DNA of 62,638 nucleotides, the filler included, from Choristocarpus tenellus KU-1152 (Eukaryota > Protista > Phaeophyceae): NCBI GenBank assembly GCA_964200185.2. It is 13 parts of 13 records of this genome, joined end to end, with 100 filler letters (N's around TTAATTAATTAA, not from the genome) between each part and the next. Parts side by side here need not be neighbours in the genome. Positions count along the whole stretch, not along the records: positions 13,057 to 16,315 come from CAXNAD020021208.1; positions 16,416 to 22,251 come from CAXNAD020009640.1; positions 22,352 to 30,824 come from CAXNAD020004671.1; 10 more parts are not named here. One strand, written 5' to 3'. Both the position numbers and the translations under genes were made by a program. Below, one piece after another: positions 13,539 through 26,600 of the stretch; within the stretch, counting starts at the first letter, position 1, and every line of letters starts with the position of its first letter. The notes beneath the pieces were generated by a model that was not told the DNA's origin, searched no databases, and worked only from the letters and a program-made list of their open reading frames with translations.

Positions 13539-15155
13539 CGATGCCCACGAAACATCCTTAGGGTTAGCCCTCAAGTGCCTACCCTTGTGAGCAATAGCCC
13601 TTTATTCACAAGATCTCAAATTTTTACAGAGTTGTGCAGGAGCTACGATTAATATTCCCCTACCCCACTCTTTATATTGGTGTACTCTTCTTTACCTCCA
13701 TATTTTCCGCTATGATGCTCTCACCCAATCCCTTTTAACTATCGCATCTCGTTTTTAATCATCCCTCCGACTGTACATCTACTCCCAACCCCCAATTCTT
13801 ACTTTCGTGGCATTCACTCCACTTCAAAACCCCACATACCACATGTCCCCATTCAGTACTTTGAAATTATCTCTACCTACTTTCGTAGCGGGCACTCAAA
13901 CTAAGAAAAAATCCGAACTATCACGTCCTTCATCCAGCACTCTTTTATGTACAGGTAGGTGTTCTATTTTGTTTTCTTTCTTGTACCATGTCCTCTCCCA
14001 ACTTGTAGCTATGCTACATAATATATATATGACTACTCATATTGACATAACCGTTGATTCACGGGGTATCTATACCTAATATGAGGTTCCATTACTAGCC
14101 TCATACCTTTCGCGCGTAACCCTTGTCCGGGGTGGTCCCCCCTATATCATCCTACAATGCGCCCACGCTATTCTTTTTTTCTTGCCATATGGGCGAGGTT
14201 GACCCATATAGGCAGTGGAAGACAACCCATGTACTCTATCACTGATCGATATAGACCTGATATCTGCCCCAGCTCCACATTTCAAGCCATATCTAAACTG
14301 TACTTTACCAGATTGTCGCAGGTACACTACCTCTACCCTGACCCATCACCTTTTCTCCTTTTGTCGTGAACTTCAGGGGATAAGCATGTTTGTGACATCA
14401 ACGGCACACTCTACTATTCGTCCACACCTACCCTTTACACTGTCACTCTGGCAGGGCCCTCAACCCTTTTCAGTCCTGCTGTGTGTACCAACTCATAAAA
14501 TATTGCTTGTAACCTGCAGTATTAACGTGTACTCCCCCCTCTGCCAAGACCATTACCGTCGGAATCGGCCCGATCTGTCATATACGTGTTTATCCTGTTT
14601 CACTCCGCCATAACACCGACAACATGGTCCATTCTTCGTAATTTCTTCTATGGATTTCCCCCTGTACCCTGAGCTATTCCCTACCATTTGTATAACTTGT
14701 TCTCAAGCATCCTTGTTGCCTTTTCCACAGGGTCTTTCCCTCTTTCAACCGTAGGGAAGATTGCTCGGTTTCTTCCTTGATCCATTCCGACGAAAGCTTG
14801 CTCGGGGGTCCTCTTGATCTAGCCCTCTTCGTCTTGTCACTCCAGCCTCAGGTTTCTTCTTCGATTCAATACTGTCCATTCCTTCTCCCCTTATGTCTTT
14901 GTCCGCCACCTATTTCCTTAACCAACCTCCTCCCTCTCTCAACCACTCAATCCTCTAACTCTTTGTTCCCTCTTTGATAATTTCTATTTCTTTCTTGTCC
15001 CCTTCCTTGCCCTGTGCCCCCAGCCCACCAGAATTCTTCCGCCCACAAAACTTCAATTACTTCATATACTTTCACTTTGATTTGCTCACGAATTCTGAAT
15101 CATTTTTATTAGCTTATTCCTTGTTTGCCATTCTCCTCTTCTCCATTCCCCATTC

Positions 15156-15270
15156 GATGACCAACCAGTGCAAATGACCTTCATCACTGATTGCCAGCCA
15201 TCCCCCACATTTGATGACCAACCAGTGCGAATGCCCTTCGACACTGATTGCCAGCCATCCCCCCTACCTT
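15156..15270 (+). repeat. ~57-bp tandem repeat (GATGACCAACCAGTGC...), 2 units
   Basis: Two visible units. Same unit recurs at 47620-47840. Confidence 0.75.
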
Positions 15271-16143
15271 TCAACCCCACACAAGATACCACTCCCCTCA
15301 ACCCCACAGCAGTTTCCACACCATTCAACCCCACTCCACCATCATCCAAGAACACCCCTTCATGATCCACTTCATACCGTGCCTTTGAGCTAGAAAACAT
15401 CTAGCCCGCCGGGACTTGACCTCCCCTCCCCTTCGGAGTTGATATCTTTCTAGCTCATCCCCTTACCTCCTGCCCTGGTAGGACCCAATCTTTCTTACTC
15501 TCTGTCAAGCCTTTTGAAACCAACACTAGGTCCCTCTGATTAGCCCTTACGTATACCATAACTGTTCTCGACTTCTATCTCCCCTCCCTCTGTATTACCA
15601 ATACTGCTACCCCCATGTTCGCCAATCTCGTAGCTCCCCCTATCCTACCCGAACGCAAGGCATACTATTCTGGTCTCAACTTAAGTTCCTTTACCATTCT
15701 CCTCAGGACACATGCCGCTTGGTCCCTCGTGATCACCCTCCCTGTCATCAGTGGCGCATCAATGGGGAGTTCTGGGAAACATTCCGTAAGAGCCAGTACC
15801 AACTCCCAACCTCCCATACTTTCTTCCCCCCTTTAAACCTGGTCAACACTGCTCCCTTTCTACCCTAGTGCCCTTTTGACCCTGTGAACGTCACCCTTAC
15901 TTTTTCTGCTTGGTGTCTATCCTCCCATCTCACTCTTTCCACTCCACTCCTCCGGCCTTCATCCCTACGTCTTACTGCAAAATCTCCATGTACTCCCCCT
16001 TTATCATAGGCCCGCAACTCTGATGCTCCGGCTAGAAAGAAAGCGAGAAAAACCCAATCCTAGCCTCGTCAATTTACCTTCCCTACCTTACGTTTCAGTG
16101 CACTACTTTGTTTCTACACTCATTCTCCATGTCGGGGGTCTCC

Positions 16144-16315
16144 TGTTCGATTAGACTCTTCCAACTCTATCGGACAGTTACGGTAAAATATGTATGGAGG
16201 AATGGAACAATCGATACGTGGTCGCGTTATCAGAACCATTTACTGGTGTTTAGTTTATGGGAAATATCTGATATAAAGAGGAAATAGTTCCGTTGTTATG
16301 GAGGGCTGCATCCCC
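16144..16315 (+). repeat. Dispersed repeat C (probable DNA transposon end)
   Basis: Alignable by eye to the reverse complement of 58090-58530 once the MITE insert there is removed. Confidence 0.75.
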
Positions 16316-16519
16316 NNNNNNNNNNNNNNNNNNNNNNNNNNNNNNNNNNNNNNNNNNNNTTAATTAATTAANNNNNNNNNNNNNNNNNNNNNNNNNNNNN
16401 NNNNNNNNNNNNNNNACGAACTAGTGAAAGTAACGTCCAGAACGTAACAGACCAATCAACAGTCAGTGTTGAATGGTGGAACTGTATCGTATCAAGGAAC
16501 AAACGGATGAATAGCCTAC

Positions 16520-16643
16520 GTTTTCACACTTTACCTACTCAAAAACATTTTCGAGTAGTAGGATACCATAAAAAATACGTGGAAAGTCAAGCCCCAAATG
16601 GACAAACAGGGCAAAGCTCGTACCCTCTAAGATACTTTTGCTC
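16520..16643 (-). mobile_element. MITE family A, partial copy
   Basis: Left TIR and central hairpin present, remainder missing. Confidence 0.8.
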
Positions 16644-17125
16644 TTCACTCACTCAACAACAAACCAACGAGCTTGGACAATAAAGAGGACCATACCCATC
16701 GCACCGCAGATGTAGGATGGCCACCCGTCGGCCACTAGGTGATCTGGTTAATACAGGGAATGAACTTGTGGACTCTGGAGGGGTAGACAACGGGACACCC
16801 CAAGGGTAAGCCCAGGCCCCCATCGCAGTTAGACACACTCCAATGTAGCCTCGGCATTCTGAAAATACCGAAACGAGGAATTAGCGCTTGAAGACTAGAC
16901 ATAGCGAAGCATATGGTCACCATATCCTGCACAAATCCAACGTTTGCATTCGGAATCAGGGACACCTGGTGTTCACCAGTCACACCGTAGCTCGGAACTG
17001 GTGACACACACGTCGTCCCCTTAACAGCAGGATGAAACCTAATGACGAAGATTGTGTCCTCCAATACGCATCGACCCCAATATGTATCGGAAATAAACGA
17101 TAATCCTTTCTGAATCTGTTTCCAA

Positions 17126-17180
17126 TCCCAACCCTAACCCCTGTCCCAACCCTAACCCTGTGCCTCAACCCCAACACCAT
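17126..17180 (+). repeat. Degenerate interstitial telomere-like (CCCTAA) tract
   Basis: aaccctaacccctgtcccaaccctaaccctg... Confidence 0.5.
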
Positions 17181-19145
17181 CCCTGACCTTTACAATTCCA
17201 TATCCCCTGTAGAGAAAGAGGTACAAACAATGATCTGTACATCTGGGGATATATGTAGACCTACACCACATGAAACGTTCGGCATCCCTTGCACCAAAAA
17301 CCCATCCTATACATAGTTTGCCGTACAACAAAACACACCAATTGTAGTCTATACATTATGCGAATATTTTCGGGGGTGATACCCACCAAACATTTGTCAA
17401 CCGTTTTCCAAAATATTCGACCAGAGCATATAGTCTGTCGTAAACAAACTATCTCAATTCACATCGTCCTACATGCTTTATGGGATGCACCCATAATATT
17501 TTTGATGTGGCCTGCGTATTCCCACATACGCAATGTACACCTTTTCAGGATGGTCTAACCAAGGCAGTTTCAGCCCTCGCTATATCCAACTCCCCGTTGT
17601 TGACGTGTTGAACGTTAGGTGTCCCCCAACACCGTCCTAGTCCGTTGAACACATCATGACCATATATTGTACACACGCCCCCTCATCCAAACAACATGGC
17701 AGCATTACCGATGTTCTCATCATCAACATCGAGCTTGAGTGTCAAAGGGAAACAAACCCACCAACCCACATTAAAACCTCACTTAAATCCCACCCAGGAA
17801 ACGGGGATTCAAGAGACTGCCCAAGACCAGTGCCGCTCGTTCGTGGAAGAAATCCAAAACGGACCAGATCATAGGTCTCTCTTCCTCTCCATGTTTGTCC
17901 ACCATGATGGTCTACAAGATGTGGGAGGAGGCAGTCGCACTTGGAACGACCTTGCCGCTTGGTCATTGGACGAAAAAAGAAGGTTGGCGCCGTTGGCGAG
18001 TGCGGTACACGAGTTGTGCTGGCTCGGGAAGAACGCGAGTCCACGCCTGATCTCCAGATCAAGACATTCCTAGAATGTGTCAAGAAAGACCTTAGCACCG
18101 AGCACACTCGCCAGGTATACAACTCCATCCTCATCGGCATTGCTCCTGATGTTGAAATACTAGAGGACGGGATGATATCGACGTGTCTGCCCCTTCTGTC
18201 CGTCACAGCAAGAAAATACGATATCAAAGTCGAAACACTGAGGTCGTCCGTGAAGAAACGCACGAAATTCATAAGAGATATGCGGCGACATGCACGTCCC
18301 TCTGCAGCGCCTGCGAAGGACGCTGGAGGATCATCTCCCGTATCTGACACTCATGCCCTTCCGTGTTCTCCACAAGGCACCACCCAGAGGTATGGAAGTT
18401 CCTACTCACCAACCATCAACGGTGTGATACACGCAACTTCGCCCCCGGGCGAACACGTCCCCTGCATCTTCCCCAAAAATTTAATCATCAAAAGATGGTC
18501 GGATGATCCTTTATTTCGTGGTGTGCAACAGACGCCCGTTACACACGTTCCATTGTTACCTCAGACAAAATGGCAGAACAAGGGTATTCGAGGTGGGAAG
18601 GGACAGCTCTTCACGACAGTTCGATGTGCAGCATCCTGGCGCGCATGTTCTTGGCATCATGGCACGGGAGAGCAATAGCACCGCCATGCCCCACAATCCG
18701 ATTACGTCTCATGATTCCACTTAGGGTAAGCACTACTTGGACCCGCATACGAACAATAGAGTGTGCCACCCAGGTGTATTGTGTCAATAGCACGCTCAGA
18801 GGTACTTCACACAAGCAACTCGCATCGTCACAAGCGTTGCCTGTATCCCCCATTCACACTATGGATGAATCACCATGAATCTTCATCCTCAACCAACGAA
18901 ACTTCAACATAACACGACATACACATGGTGTAACCGACGTGGCAACAGGACACAGATTAGGACAGATGAGGATGTCTATGCAAATTTCAGGGAGAGCTTC
19001 GAGCTGGAGGGGACGTCAGGACCAATACCCTCTCTGTCGACATTTGTGAAGTGGATACCGTTCTACATCACTAAGGCCACGCCAAGGTGTATGCAGAAAT
19101 AGTCTTTCGATTTTTTGGAGGCACGCTACAGTGGAATTTGGGTAA

Positions 19146-19403
19146 GAGCCAAAGTATCTTAGAGGGTAGAGCCGCGTCCATTTCGGGGCCAAACTCCAAG
19201 GTTGCGACTTTGATTAAATTTTGGTTATCATATCAATTAAAAAGTGTCAGTATCTTTGTTCTGGACACACCTTTTCATAACGTATAAATTTTACCCACTC
19301 CCAAATATTTTGGAGTAGGAAAATGTCATGGAAAAAACATTGGAAGCCAAGCCCCAAACGGACAAACAGGGCAAAACTCGTACCCTCTAAGACACTTTCA
19401 CTC
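19146..19403 (-). mobile_element. MITE family A, full copy
   Basis: Both TIRs present. Flanks TAA/CAA. Confidence 0.9.
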
Positions 19404-20050
19404 CAAGTCCATAGTTCCTAACCGCCACAAACTAACCAGTCACATACCACATCATCTGTCTCCACACACAGAGCATGCTAACACACCGTCTCCCTCCCTC
19501 CACTCTTCCACACCATACACATATTGTTAAGAATATGCTTTTTTATTCATGTGTAAAATATGATTGTGGGAGAAATATTGAGTTGTTGAAATATTGTCCG
19601 CGGGTTATTATAGTACAACGGACTAAGTGACGTGTTATTATAATATGTGAATCGTAAGGTGATGACACCCTTTGAGCTTTGAAGCTCACTCTCTCTCTCT
19701 CTTTCCTTACATCTTCCTTACTTCATGTACAACCTGTTCTGCATAATAAGAAATTAATCGAGTTATTTACATACACAAGTCTTGGGAAAACCAATTTCTT
19801 TAACACATATCACGCGTTTGAATTCACCACATGACCACCGGCCTTTAGGTTCAGTGCCTAAGAGAGAACTGGAAGAAGTGCATATGCGAGGACGATCATT
19901 GACAATGATGGACAACGCGCTTGTGCATGCACATGCGCATTCTGCGACAAAGGCAAAGGATGTGACTCTGAAAAAGTAGGGGCCACACTCGAACGTGCTG
20001 CTGCTGATATGATGGCCTTCTTGCGGTAGGTTTCTGTGGGAAACCACACT

Positions 20051-20308
20051 GAGTGAAAGTATCTTAGAGGGTACGAGTTTTGCCGTTTTTGTCCATTTGG
20101 AGCTTGGCTTCCCACGGTTTTCTTGCGACATTTTCCTCCCTAGAAACCTTTCAGAGTAGGTAAACTGTATACGTTATGAAAAGGTGTGTCCGGAGCAAGG
20201 ATATTGACACTTCCTAACAACCGCGGTAGCCAAAATTACATCAAAATCGAAACATTGTATTTTGGCCCCCAAATGGACGCGGCTCTACCCTCTAAGATAA
20301 TTTGCATC
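20051..20308 (+). mobile_element. MITE family A, full copy
   Basis: Both TIRs present, right end degenerate. Confidence 0.88.
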
Positions 20309-20489
20309 TTTGTTGATGAAGTGCCAACATCTCACCTGTCACATCCAAACAGCGTGAGGTATGCTAATATTTTTTTAAAGAGTAATTTCTGCTTTATATC
20401 CTTCTTTTCTTATGGACAAAAGTGTGCATCGTTTTCCAATACCATATTCAGAAACGTTCAGACTCGGAGACACATGTGACACCAAGTTT

Positions 20490-20749
20490 GAGCAAAAATA
20501 CATCTTAGAGGGTGGAGCTGCGTCCATTTGGGGGTTAAAATCCAGTTGCGATTTTGATGTAATTTTGGCTATCGTGTTTGTTAGGAAGTATCAATATCCT
20601 TGGTCCAGACACTCCTTCTCATAGCGTATACATTTTACCTACTCCAAAACGTTTTGGAGTAGGTAAAATGTCATAAAAAACCCCGTGGGAAGCCAAGCCC
20701 CAAACGGACAAACAGGGCAAGACTCGTACCCTCTAAGATACTTTCAATC
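20490..20749 (-). mobile_element. MITE family A, full copy
   Basis: Both TIRs present. Flanks TTT/TTT. Confidence 0.88.
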
Positions 20750-22859
20750 TTTGGTCGAGGCACCAGTTTGATCCTATGCTGGAGTGGGGATGCTATCATG
20801 CAGGGGGAGGTCCGTGATGTTGATGTAGATGATTCTGGGGCATGTGTTTACTCAGTAGGTTACGGAGGAGGAGAGAATGGCGAGAACTCCTTGCCGCCAG
20901 GGCTGAGGTCGTACATGGCAGGAAGAGATCGAGGAGGCGGTCGAACAACTGCAGGAGAAGGAGAAGACTGACCGATGAAGCTGCTGCCGAGCGTGTCATC
21001 CAACGCCGCATGCAGATGGATCACCAGGTGAATCGTAGAGAGGAGGAGAAGGATACCGAGGGATACATCCTCCTAGAAGGGCACTGAGGGTTATGCCGGA
21101 TTTGAACGAGGGAGCAACACTTCATGCAATGCAAGCCAAGTGCAGGCGACTGTACTGTTGATGTGACGATCAGTGGACGTGAGGAATAATCGTGACCAGA
21201 GACCAACCCCGACACATAGTGAGGGTGGGAGAGGGGCGAATCAGCTACCCCTACGAGGTGAACGGGAAAATTGCGAGGTGCTAAATATCCAGTTTGTTAT
21301 AAAACAGTACAGTACAGAGCAAGGCACTCCTACATAGGCCTGGTTCTGGACGAGTCACACATTGCTGTAATACAGAAGAGAGACACAGCATCGGAAAGGC
21401 TGCAATATGTATTCGTACATGTGTGTCACCCCTTCCTTCATCAATCCAGTACATCCTTCCATAGAGATCTTGTGCTAGAGAAGTCGGACATTGTTGATGT
21501 GTGAGACCACTTTTCTATTTTATATATTCGATTTTTAATAGGTTTCCTATCATTAATGTAGACGTAGTACTACACCTTCGTTTATTGTCCTGATTACTAT
21601 CGATGCATTTAATTGTATTCTTCAATTATTTTCTTATGATTAGAGGTATCCTCATCATGGTATATTTAGAGTGTTAAAACATAGGGTACTCATCATTCAA
21701 TTTGCCTTGATACGATACAGTATCGTCAGTCCATACTGAACATTGATTTGTCCATTGCAATGGTCACTATTCCCACTTACATCATTAGGCCATCATCACA
21801 ACTTACTCAACCACTGTCAGAACATCACAGTACATTCGACTCATAGGAATAGTCGCTACCTATCACACATACAGGCATACTATGTGCCATAGTGGTTACC
21901 CTAGATATCTATTGGAGTTTGCCTTCTTGTTTCTTCCTCATTTTACTTCTTCCTTTTTCACACAAGTTATCAATTGTATAGCCGGTGTATATTGTTATCT
22001 TTACTTGACTGCCATTGCCCCCTCATAAGACATCCTATTCACTCTGCACTACATACCAGACAGACGCCAGGATGCGATATAGTCAGAATTAAAACCATCC
22101 TTCAAAACCCTTCTCAGCTAAGGTAACAACCCTCTTTACAGACGATGAATTGTTACAGGCGCCCCTCAATGTTCACCTTCCAGGATGTACAACTCAAATC
22201 CAACGACCTTAAACGACGCTACGAGGTATGTCCACAGATGATAACCACGTANNNNNNNNNNNNNNNNNNNNNNNNNNNNNNNNNNNNNNNNNNNNTTAAT
22301 TAATTAANNNNNNNNNNNNNNNNNNNNNNNNNNNNNNNNNNNNNNNNNNNNATGCCTGATTCTCCCCACTCATAATAATTGATCCCTGTTTGCCACTCAC
22401 GACAGTCTGCACCCTCCTGCCCCTTGCTAACCCATACACTAAACGCGCAATAGATATTGTTGATCCATTATGTCACCTCTGTGCCTTCCCTTCACGTCGA
22501 TACCATGAATCACATGATAATCGCACATATGCACTTCTTAATCAACCTCATACAGTCCGTGCACACTTGCAACCATCGCCCTCTATTTTTCAGAAGTCTA
22601 TCAATATGTAAACTAACCCAAAAATCCAAGTTTTGGTTTTCATCACATATTGACATCTATCATTTACCGAACACTTGTTACTGGAATAGGTAGCACATAT
22701 CACTTCAAAGAAAATGCCATCACATCGAATCGGTCACAGCACACTGCCTCAATGCCGACACTGACTCCAACACATACCACCCCTCCCCTTATACGCACAA
22801 TTACCACGACCCTTAGGATTGGACGGACTGGGACAGCAGATAGCACTGTAACACGTATA

Positions 22860-24780
22860 CGACACTTCTGTACATCGACATGTTCCGCACACAGGAGATA
22901 GTCCACCTTCCGTCTCACAAGATGGACCGCGCCGGACGACACAATCCACGTGTCCCAAACCTTGGTGGAGTCAACTCCATGCACAGGTTCCTTACTGGTC
23001 AGCTCACCACAGGAGACTCCCGCACGTTGATGTACACCGAGCTGCTGTGCTACTGCACGAACTGTTCCATCGGCAACCTGGCACAATGCAGGTGGCAACT
23101 AACCCATGTGCCCCCGCTTAAGGAGATAGACCTCGGATTTTCCATGGAAGCAGGAGCGGGTGATATGTATCTGAGAAGTCAGCTGTCGAGGAGGAAGACG
23201 AAGCTTGCTGAGGGGAACATATGCATTGTGCGGACGCAGTAGTCGGAGTACAATGGTATAGAGTTCTTGCCGTTCACAGTCCACCGCAAGGACACGATTC
23301 AATGGAACGCCAAGGCACCACTCCAGCTACGGAGGGATGTTCAGTGCTGGAGAGGAGGTTGTCTGTGTCACTGGAGACTTCGAGGTGCTGAGTGTTAGCT
23401 TTGTTGATGGAGTGCCAACTATTCACATGTCACGGACGGACAAGGTGAGAAATGCTTCTTATTGTTTCTAAGAGAACAATGCCCCACACTAATGAATCCA
23501 CGCTGTTCATGTACAGATGTTACATATCCCCTGGTATCCCCCAAATAAATTCCTCCCATAACGTCCAACCCTGACATCCAAACCAATGTTACTGTTCTTC
23601 TCCTAATCTACAACCGCCACTGACACCTTTCGCATAATATTTTACAAGTTCCTTAGGGCAAATAAGCGTATCCCATTCGTTCAATTCGCTAGGTGTATCC
23701 TCTATCCTACATAAAACTATTCGTTCCTCAAAAACATCAACAAACAACACCCCTATACAACCAAACAAGGTCATCACGCGCAAACACATGCCAATAGTCC
23801 AACACACCAACACAGCCCCTGCAACGAACATGTTTGTGGTGATGCAGGACGCACAAACGGGTCCCCGCGTCATGCCCCTTTAGGCTATCATCATCCCAGA
23901 CTTTACCGACATCAACCACAACCACCTGGACAACACATTCACGATCCTCCATGGTCAATACCAGAGGTTCACCTCGGAATCCAACCATCAATCCCTCGGT
24001 GGGATACCTGCTCGTTTCTCAAGGCAACTCAGACTTGGGGACACATCCGACGCCAGGTTCGGTCAAGAAACCAGCTACATCCTATGCGCGAGTGGGGGGG
24101 CTATCGTACAGAGGAATGCCGGCGATGTTCGCGCAGATGGTTCAGGGGGGTACATTTACTCAGTATCCTGCCTTCCAGACGATGGCGAAAAATATTTGCC
24201 CCCCCTCAAATGAGGTCGTCGTGCATGACAGAGGACGAGATCGAGGAGGTGTCAACCAACTCGAGGAGTAGAACAAGAGGGACAGTGACGAGGCTGCAGC
24301 CTGGTGCGTCAGACAGCGCCGCCGGTCGATTGTTGACCATCAGCAGAAGCGTATGGATATGGAGAAGGATACAGAGAAATATACACTCCTTGAACTGACA
24401 GACACTGAGGACTGTGCCAGATTTAGATGAGGGAGAAACACTCAATGCCAGTGCCAAGGGCAGGGGACTGTACTTCAGATGGGACGATCAGTGGATGTGA
24501 GGAACCGTGACCAAGTACCAGCCCCACTACACGGTGAAAGTTGGAGAGGAGCAAGTCAGCTACCCCTACGAGGTTAATTGGGAGAATGGCGACTTGCGAA
24601 ATATTCAGCTTCTTGTCGAACACTACAGTATTGACCAAGATGCTCCTACACGGGCCTGGTTCTGGACAAGTCCTACACTGCCACCATACTGACGAGAGAC
24701 ACAGCTTTGAGGAACAACCTAGGCCAATTCCTGTTCGTGAGTCGACCTCTACTTCGCCAATCAGACACATGCCTCTACAG
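22860..24780 (+). pseudogene. Decayed Sola2-like transposase gene, copy 2 (C-terminal half, Cys cluster plus two Tudor-like domains)
   Basis: GVNSMHRF...LMYTELLCYCTNCSIGNLAQC (G...H...CxCxxC-x7-C), then GMFSAGEEVV, then GLYFRWDDQW.GTVTKY...YPYEVNWENGD...L..EHY...RAWFW. Confidence 0.62.
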
Positions 24781-25280
24781 ACATGTTGTGCTGGGGAGGT
24801 CGGACGTTCTCTAAATCAACGGACTTATACATTTGGTATATTGATTGTATCTACTTGAGGAGTTTGTGTCTATGTGTCCTCATACACATGCTTTTATTGG
24901 CCCAATGGCAACCTAGAATCCATCTCCATTAGAGCGTTCTGCCACCATCCTCTAATACGTTTACTGCCATGCCCTAATCCTTTTCCTCCCCTCTTTGCGT
25001 TGATCAGACCAAAGAGCAATTGGCAGAAACCTTACTAAAACTACGTTGATGCACAAGCATCTGGTACTTCGTACCACCATCTTCAGCACAAGTCGAGATG
25101 TCCACAACAAATGACCTCTCTTCCACACTCAAACCAAGCGGCGGCAACCACCCCGGTTCCAAACTTTGAACCCAACGGTCACTTCTCTGAGCCATAATAT
25201 CATCGTCTACACCCACTCAAGCGCCAAGTGTAGATCCTAAAGCCATTTTAATCCAAACTACAGCACAAAAAACGGTGACA

Positions 25281-25424
25281 GGGTTAAAGTATCTTGGAGG
25301 GTGGTGGTTTGTGAGGGGGCCTGGTCCACGACTGAAGACAGCAATTTCTATCAATTTTGAGCAATTCGACCGGGCCGAAACGGACGCCCCCTCACAATCC
25401 ACCACCCCCCAGGTACTTTGACTC
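25281..25424 (+). mobile_element. MITE family B (~145 bp, G-rich TIRs), complete copy
   Basis: GGGTTAAAGTATCTTGGAGGGTGGTGG...CCACCACCCCCCAGGTACTTTGACTC. Shares the AAAGTATCT core with family A. Confidence 0.8.
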
Positions 25425-25499
25425 ATTGACAATGGTTTCTTGGTTGATCATTCTGTAGTATCCCCGAAACTGCAACCCTACGTTTTAAGCACTGATACT

Positions 25500-26600
25500 A
25501 ATACAATTTATATCTGTACTCCAGAGTAACCAATAAGGACTGGAATGCTGTAGGTAGTCTGCAAGTAGTGCACAAAGCGATCAATTTAGGTTGGATAACC
25601 AGAGATTTCTAGAACAGCAGATTAGATCCTGGTAGCTCTAAATTCAACTGAACAATTAATAGAAATACACCCGAAAGATCTACGACCTCTTTGTGGTATG
25701 TGATAGATCTGTTGAGGAATAATAGACCTGTACCTCAAACAAATTTTATTGTCAGTCGGAACTAAGTTCCATGTCTGCCAGAAGGGAAATAAGAGCCATT
25801 GCCAATAAACGATCCAAAGAGATATCTATTGCATCACGTAGTTATTTGTTACTTTCAGATTAAATCAAGGACAAGAAGGCATACTTGAACCTCTCATATT
25901 CCAGAAAATATACAGTAACACCAAACACAGGATAGAATGACTGTGAATAAATTGGTTAGTGACGCATTGTACGCAATGACGCCATACACGAGTTTAGAGA
26001 CAATAAATAACTGTCACCTATCTTGCCAACCACTGTCAATTGGTATGTGTACTTCGAACATCGGTTGCAAAATCCCCTTGCAAATAGGAGCAAGGAGTGT
26101 CCCTCCTTGACCACATCTCTGATCGGCACACTGCAAATCTGCCTTGGTATCACATTGACAATATATCCAGTGCAACAAAGAAAGCAGTAGTCTATTCAAC
26201 GTAGGAGGACTGCCTCTAGATGCCCACGGTGCAGGGAAGCATCTGCGTAACAACCTTGGGCTTCCAACGCCTGTGCAATCGTGTGCAGAGCCTCGATATG
26301 ATCAATGCTATGGTGATCAAGCACATGCCTGCAAGCTTCGATGCACCTAACAGGGGTGGGATACTGGTGTCAATACTTGAGGTGGTTGTTCTGTGCTGTC
26401 TGCCAATGTCCTTTTGGTTATGTACTTCAAATGTCATTCACGATATAGCAATCAGGAGTAATTTTCATATGGTATGAATGCTTGATAGGTTTTCGGTTGG
26501 TTGGATGATGGGATCAGCATTAACATTTTTTTCAATAGATGTGCTCTGTTCAAGACAGGATCGATAAAGTGTCCTCCAATGTGAAAATGGTCTGAAGAGT
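25500..26600 (-). mobile_element. Decayed non-LTR (LINE) reverse transcriptase remnant
   Basis: Fragments NQKDIGRQHRTTTSSI (cf. Q.GFR..R.T...I) and VPIRDVVKEGHSLLLF (cf. GV.QG..LSP.LF). Confidence 0.4.

Larger units (their letters stand above)
17700..21450 (+). pseudogene. Decayed, intron-containing Sola2-like DNA transposase gene, copy 1, interrupted by 3 MITEs
   Basis: Motifs DVYANFRESF...SLSTFVKWIPFYITKATPR (~18965-19086) and SPHDHRPLGSVPKRELEE (~19825-19880, cf. HGK.P.DG.G.VKR). C-terminal block 20770-21440 is homologous to 24080-24770. Confidence 0.6.

Noticed and set aside
22252-22351. Joining the two Sola-like regions into one gene across the gap
   Set aside because: The contigs are artificially concatenated, and both sides carry the same C-terminal block, so they are separate copies.
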